Shown here in pieces: positions 59,770 through 64,000 of a stretch of 64,000 bases of DNA (its first letter is position 1; every line of letters begins with the position of its first letter). A model generated the notes under the pieces. The model was not told the DNA's origin and ran no database searches. It worked only from the letters and a program-made list of their open reading frames with translations. The position numbers were made by a program, and so were the translations under genes. The stretch is from Guillardia theta CCMP2712 (Eukaryota > Protista > Cryptophyta), in the NCBI RefSeq assembly GCF_000315625.1, contig NW_005434672.1, forward strand, positions 240,006 through 304,005. The letters are read 5' to 3'.

Positions 59770-62700
59770 ACTACCACGCTACCGTCTTTGCCACGTCCAC
59801 GTCTCCAACTCTTGCTGCTCCTGCTGACTTTCTTGATCAAACGATTTTCAGCGTCTCCAACCCCTAGAGCAGTTCGATCAGCTCCCGGCAAAGAGCTGGT
59901 GAGAGAAAGGGACGAAGGAAGGGAAAAGAGAGAAGGGGACGAGGGGAAGAAAGCATGGAGAGATGTAGAGAAAGAAGAGGGGAGAAGTAGAGGAAGGAGA
60001 TGGAGGACAGAGCAAGGGAGAAGAGAGACAAGACAAGACAAGACAAGACAAGGAGAAGCGACAGCAGTCGAGGTCACCTGGTGTGAGTCCATAGGGTAGG
60101 CCATGCCGGGGAAGAGCGAGTCTGCCTTCATCATCCTGTAATCTTCCGCCTGGGGAAGTAAAGCTCCGCTCATTCTCGGGGTAAAGTACTCCTCGTACAT
60201 GGGCAGCTTCTGCGAACTCCGAGGAATGGAGAGGCTCCTGCGCTGCAGGACAACCTACTACGTCGTAAGGTTCCTCTCCTACAACTCGTCCAGCAGTAGT
60301 CCACTTCCTCCTTCTCCATCTCCTCACACCACCACCACGACCTCCTCCTCTTCTCCCCCCCTCCCCCTCCCCCTTCCTCCTCCTCCATTTTCTGATCACC
60401 ATCATCACAAGCTTTCTGGCAACCATCCCCCACCCCCCAACTCTCCCCTACCACTATCGCCTTTCAGTCCTCCTCCTCCCCTTCACCTCAAAAGTTCGGA
60501 TTGCTGAGCCCGTGCGAGCAACTTCAATGGCAACAGTGGTTCCGTCCATGCCGAGCAGAAGGTCCTTCGCCTGCATGGTGATAAGGAAAGGAGAAGAAGA
60601 AATGGAGAGATGAGGAGAGACAGTTGGAGAGAGCAAGAGAGCAAGAGAAAGAGGACTCAAGGCAATGAAGTTAACGAAGAGGGGAGGGGGGAGGGGGGAG
60701 GCAGAAAGGCGGAGGTGGCGAACGAGAAGGAAACGTGAAGAGAAGCAAAAAGCCAACAGGGAGGGAGGGAGAGGAGGGTAACAGGATAACGGGGGGGTAA
60801 CAGGATAACGGGAGATGAGAAGGGAGGGTGGTTGGGAAGGAGGAGAGAAGCAGAAAGGGAGGACGAGGGGAGCGAGAGGAGCCAGAATGGAGGAAGAACC
60901 TGCTGCAGTCCAGAGATGGACATCCCGTCGACCTTGAGTATCAGATCTCCGACTTGCAGTCTGCCGTCAACATCGGAAGCGCTGTCCCTCTGGATCTTCT
61001 CGATCACAACGTTGCTGCTTGCTGTCTTCTGGTTCAACTTGAGCCCCACCCCACATCTCCCGCTCCCCCACGTGACTGGTCGAGCTGCCTCCTGCAGGTA
61101 CTCCGGAAAGTGCTCGGGGACGAAAGGTCCCCCTCCTATCGTCTTCCTCTGTACAGGCAGCGAGTGGATGGGTTGGTTGAGGGGAAGGGAAGGAATCGGT
61201 GCGAGGTGATCAGGAGGGAAACGGTAGATGTCAGCTGCATCTCTGTTAGGGTGAGTGGAGAGGGGACTTGCCTGCAACGAATGTCAAGGAGATGGGAGAA
61301 GAGGGAGAAAGAGACAATAGCGATGTGAAGAGGGGTGAACGAGGAGTAAACGAGGAGGAGGAGGTTCGCACATCCTTTCAGGATACTTTGGGGGGGAAGT
61401 GAGAAGGCAGGAAAGACAACGACCTAGAGAGGTCGAACAAGAGACGAGGAGGAGAGAGAAGCTCAAGGGAGGGAGGGCAGGTGGAAGGGGGCGGAGAGGG
61501 TTGAGGGGGAGGGGGCCAGCAGAGGTTCTGACCTTGATGCTTGGTAACTCCTCTGGAATCGTATCGATCACCATCTCCGTCCTCGACTTGTAGGCGGCGA
61601 TCGCCGCCGGGTCGTCGCAGACAAGCAGCTGCAGCGTCGACTGATACCCGTCGTAGCCGATGACCTGAGGGGGGCTCACTAAGGGCGCCAGGGCAGCCCA
61701 CATCGCGTCTTACCGAGGCCCCGTCGAGTTTGAGTTGGAGGGAGACAGGGAGTGGGTCCTTGTACTTGGAGGCGTCCTTAAGGTCCATCACCGTCTCGCC
61801 CATCACCTTCGACTTGCTCGGGTTCCAGTCGAACACGCGAACTTCGATGGGCTGATCTCAAGTCAGATAGGCTGCACAAAGCACTTGGGTTCCGAGTGAA
61901 GTCAGCCTTGCTTTCATCCTCTTACCACTGCAATCTCCTCCTCCTCCTCTGCCATAATTCTCCTTACTCCTCCTCCTACTCCTACTCCTACTGCTCCTCC
62001 TTAGCTCTTCCTGTTGCCCTCCTCTCCTGCCCTCCTCCTCAAACCTTGTCCTCTGTCTCTCCCGAGCTTCAAGCAGATAGAGGGAGGCATACCACAGACG
62101 AGGCGTTTGAAGGAACCTTGAACTCTCCAATCTCCTGCTCCCATTGCGGGTCGAAGGTGCTCAGGAGGGTCTTGGTGATATGATTCTGCCCTCCAAAGTT
62201 GAGGACGACGTAGGGGTTGGGAGGGGCAGAGGACGTAGACGGCAGGTGGGCAGCGGAGTCGACCGATAAGTAGAGCTTCGTGAGCTCCAGTACCGACGTC
62301 GACTGCTCTTGAGGAGGAGACGACTGGCTCTGCGTCATACCTCCTGGATCCTTCTCGCCATCCTTCCACAGCCCCTCGTATGAGATGGTCCCGTCGCTCC
62401 TCGTCAAGATCCCGTAGCCATGCATTCTTCCCTCCTGGAACTCTCCACTGTAAGTGCTGCCCTCCGCAAACCTGCAAGGCTGTCAACAGGGAATCTCGTC
62501 CCCCGCCCTCGTCTTTGTCGCAGCAACTCTTCTCATCCTCCTCCTCGTACTAACTCCCTGCTGTACGGCCTCCGTCCCTCCTCCCTCTCCCTCCACTCAC
62601 CGGCACTTCCCGCGACCATGGGGTAGGTTACCCATCCATTCTCCCTCGTAGATGTTGCCGTCTGCATATGTGCAAAGTCCCTCGCCCTGCCTGTTGCCCA

Positions 62701-64000
62701 TGTCCCAACAGCCTTTGTACCTGGGCAGAAGGAAACAGACGGAGGGTCAGAGACGAGAGCAGGAGAGAAGTCAGGAGACGAGAGACAACATTGCGCATGC
62801 AGGAAAGGACACCAAGGATCAAAGTCATAATCAACATCAGCAACCTGCACCTCAATGCGAACAGATCCGTTCTCTCACCATGTGCCGTCTGTGTACTTGT
62901 ACTCCCCGATCCCATGACGCCAGTCCTGCGACCACTCTCCTGTGTATGCCGCGCCATCCGGGTAGCTGATGGTTCCCTTGCCGTGCCTTCTGCCGTCCTT
63001 CATCTCCCCCTCATACTGCGATCAATCATCAATGGTGCGACCTCTCTCGATCCCGTCAGACTCACTCTTTTGCCATCCGGCCAAACCTTGACGATAAACC
63101 CATTGTCACTGTCGTTTCCATTCCGAACATTCTGCGCAAGGAAGGCTAATCACTCGGAGCCTGCACCCGCCGAATAAATCTTCACCTCCACGACGGGAGC
63201 TTGGTTCACTTTGTGAACGACCTGTCTCAGTTAGTGAGCAAGTGAACAAGCAGACTTTCTTCTCGTCAAAGTGGTTGATTTACCAGGGGTGACGGCACAG
63301 CCTATCACAAACATCACAAGTGAAACAAGGAGGAAGGTGTGCCTTCACAGACCTGGGGAGGCGGAGGGGGAGGGGGAGGAGGAGAAGCTTGAGGCAGCGA
63401 AGCGCCAAGCACCTGAAGAGAAACATCATGTAAGAGCAAAGGGAGCTCCTCAAACAGATTTCCCTCAGAAGATCAGAGAAAAGAGCCAAGGGAGCAGTCA
63501 GGTCACCTGTCTGCGAGGGGAATCTTTCACCGGAGTTCGCTCGGCATCGCGAGGTGTTATCTTAGTGATCTGCGCCCGCTCATCAGCTCCACACATCCCG
63601 ACAGTGTCAAGCTCTCACATTGGCGGGCACCATCGGAGCGTTGGGTGTAGTCGGCGAGTCTCGCACTTGCGTCCCAGCCGCCTCTTCCTCAGCAGGTCTC
63701 GCCTTCGGGGTGGTTTCGTTGGAGTTGGCCGACTTAAGCGCCGTTTGTGCATTTGCTGACTGTGCTGGGGAGTTGCTCAAGCTCTGTCCTGGTCCTCTAG
63801 GCAAGCCTTCATAGGTGACGACTGCTTCGTCCGCCATCACGATGTGTTGAGACGGCGTGGCGGGTGAGGATGCGGCATCTGGTTGCTGAGCATGCGGAGA
63901 GGCAGGCTGCACAGGAGGAGTGAGGACCTCCAGCTTCACCTTGGTATCCTTAGGGCCTTTGATCAGGTCCACGACGTCACGGATGGGAAGTCCCTTCACG
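59770..64000 (-). CDS. PDZ, MORN-repeat, C2 and PDZ domain protein (5' part beyond the window; 3' end approximate)
   Basis: VVDLIKGPKDTKVKLEV (PDZ); YEGEWMGNLPHGRG, YSGEFQEGRMHGYG (MORN); NPYVVL…TFDPQWEQ, VFDWN…MGE (C2); GVGLKL…DGRLQVGDLILKVDG (PDZ). Confidence 0.8.

Overview
Intron-rich eukaryotic nuclear DNA with two 100-N gaps. Short introns, microsatellite-filled introns, a bipartite plastid-targeting presequence and many RWP-RK genes suggest an alga with a secondary plastid, most likely a cryptophyte such as Guillardia (inference). Single-copy genes: ankyrin protein, multi-FKBP/TPR immunophilin, NT-C2 coiled-coil protein, FYR-DDT-WHIM-Tudor chromatin protein, Cys/His repeat protein, F-box/WD40, Serinc, PRXL2-like, dual-specificity phosphatase, PLGG1, capping protein beta, JMJD5-like and a PDZ-MORN-C2 protein. 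The standout feature is 12 RWP-RK transcription-factor genes in two clusters. Family A (6.4-13.7 kb) has five small spliced genes with a near-identical DNA-binding core and a constant GLDPAWIGWF box, joined by unalignable linkers; it is bracketed by two copies of a papain-type protease carrying C-terminal EF-hands. Family B (41.7-51.3 kb) is a ~1528-bp tandem array ending in a head-to-head pair with swapped N-termini. All three duplicated families show a patchwork of identical and unrelated tracts, consistent with modular diversification by gene conversion. GC-rich intergenic islands share an AT-rich motif, once as a 48-bp inverted repeat. Gene models were read by eye, so some ends are approximate.
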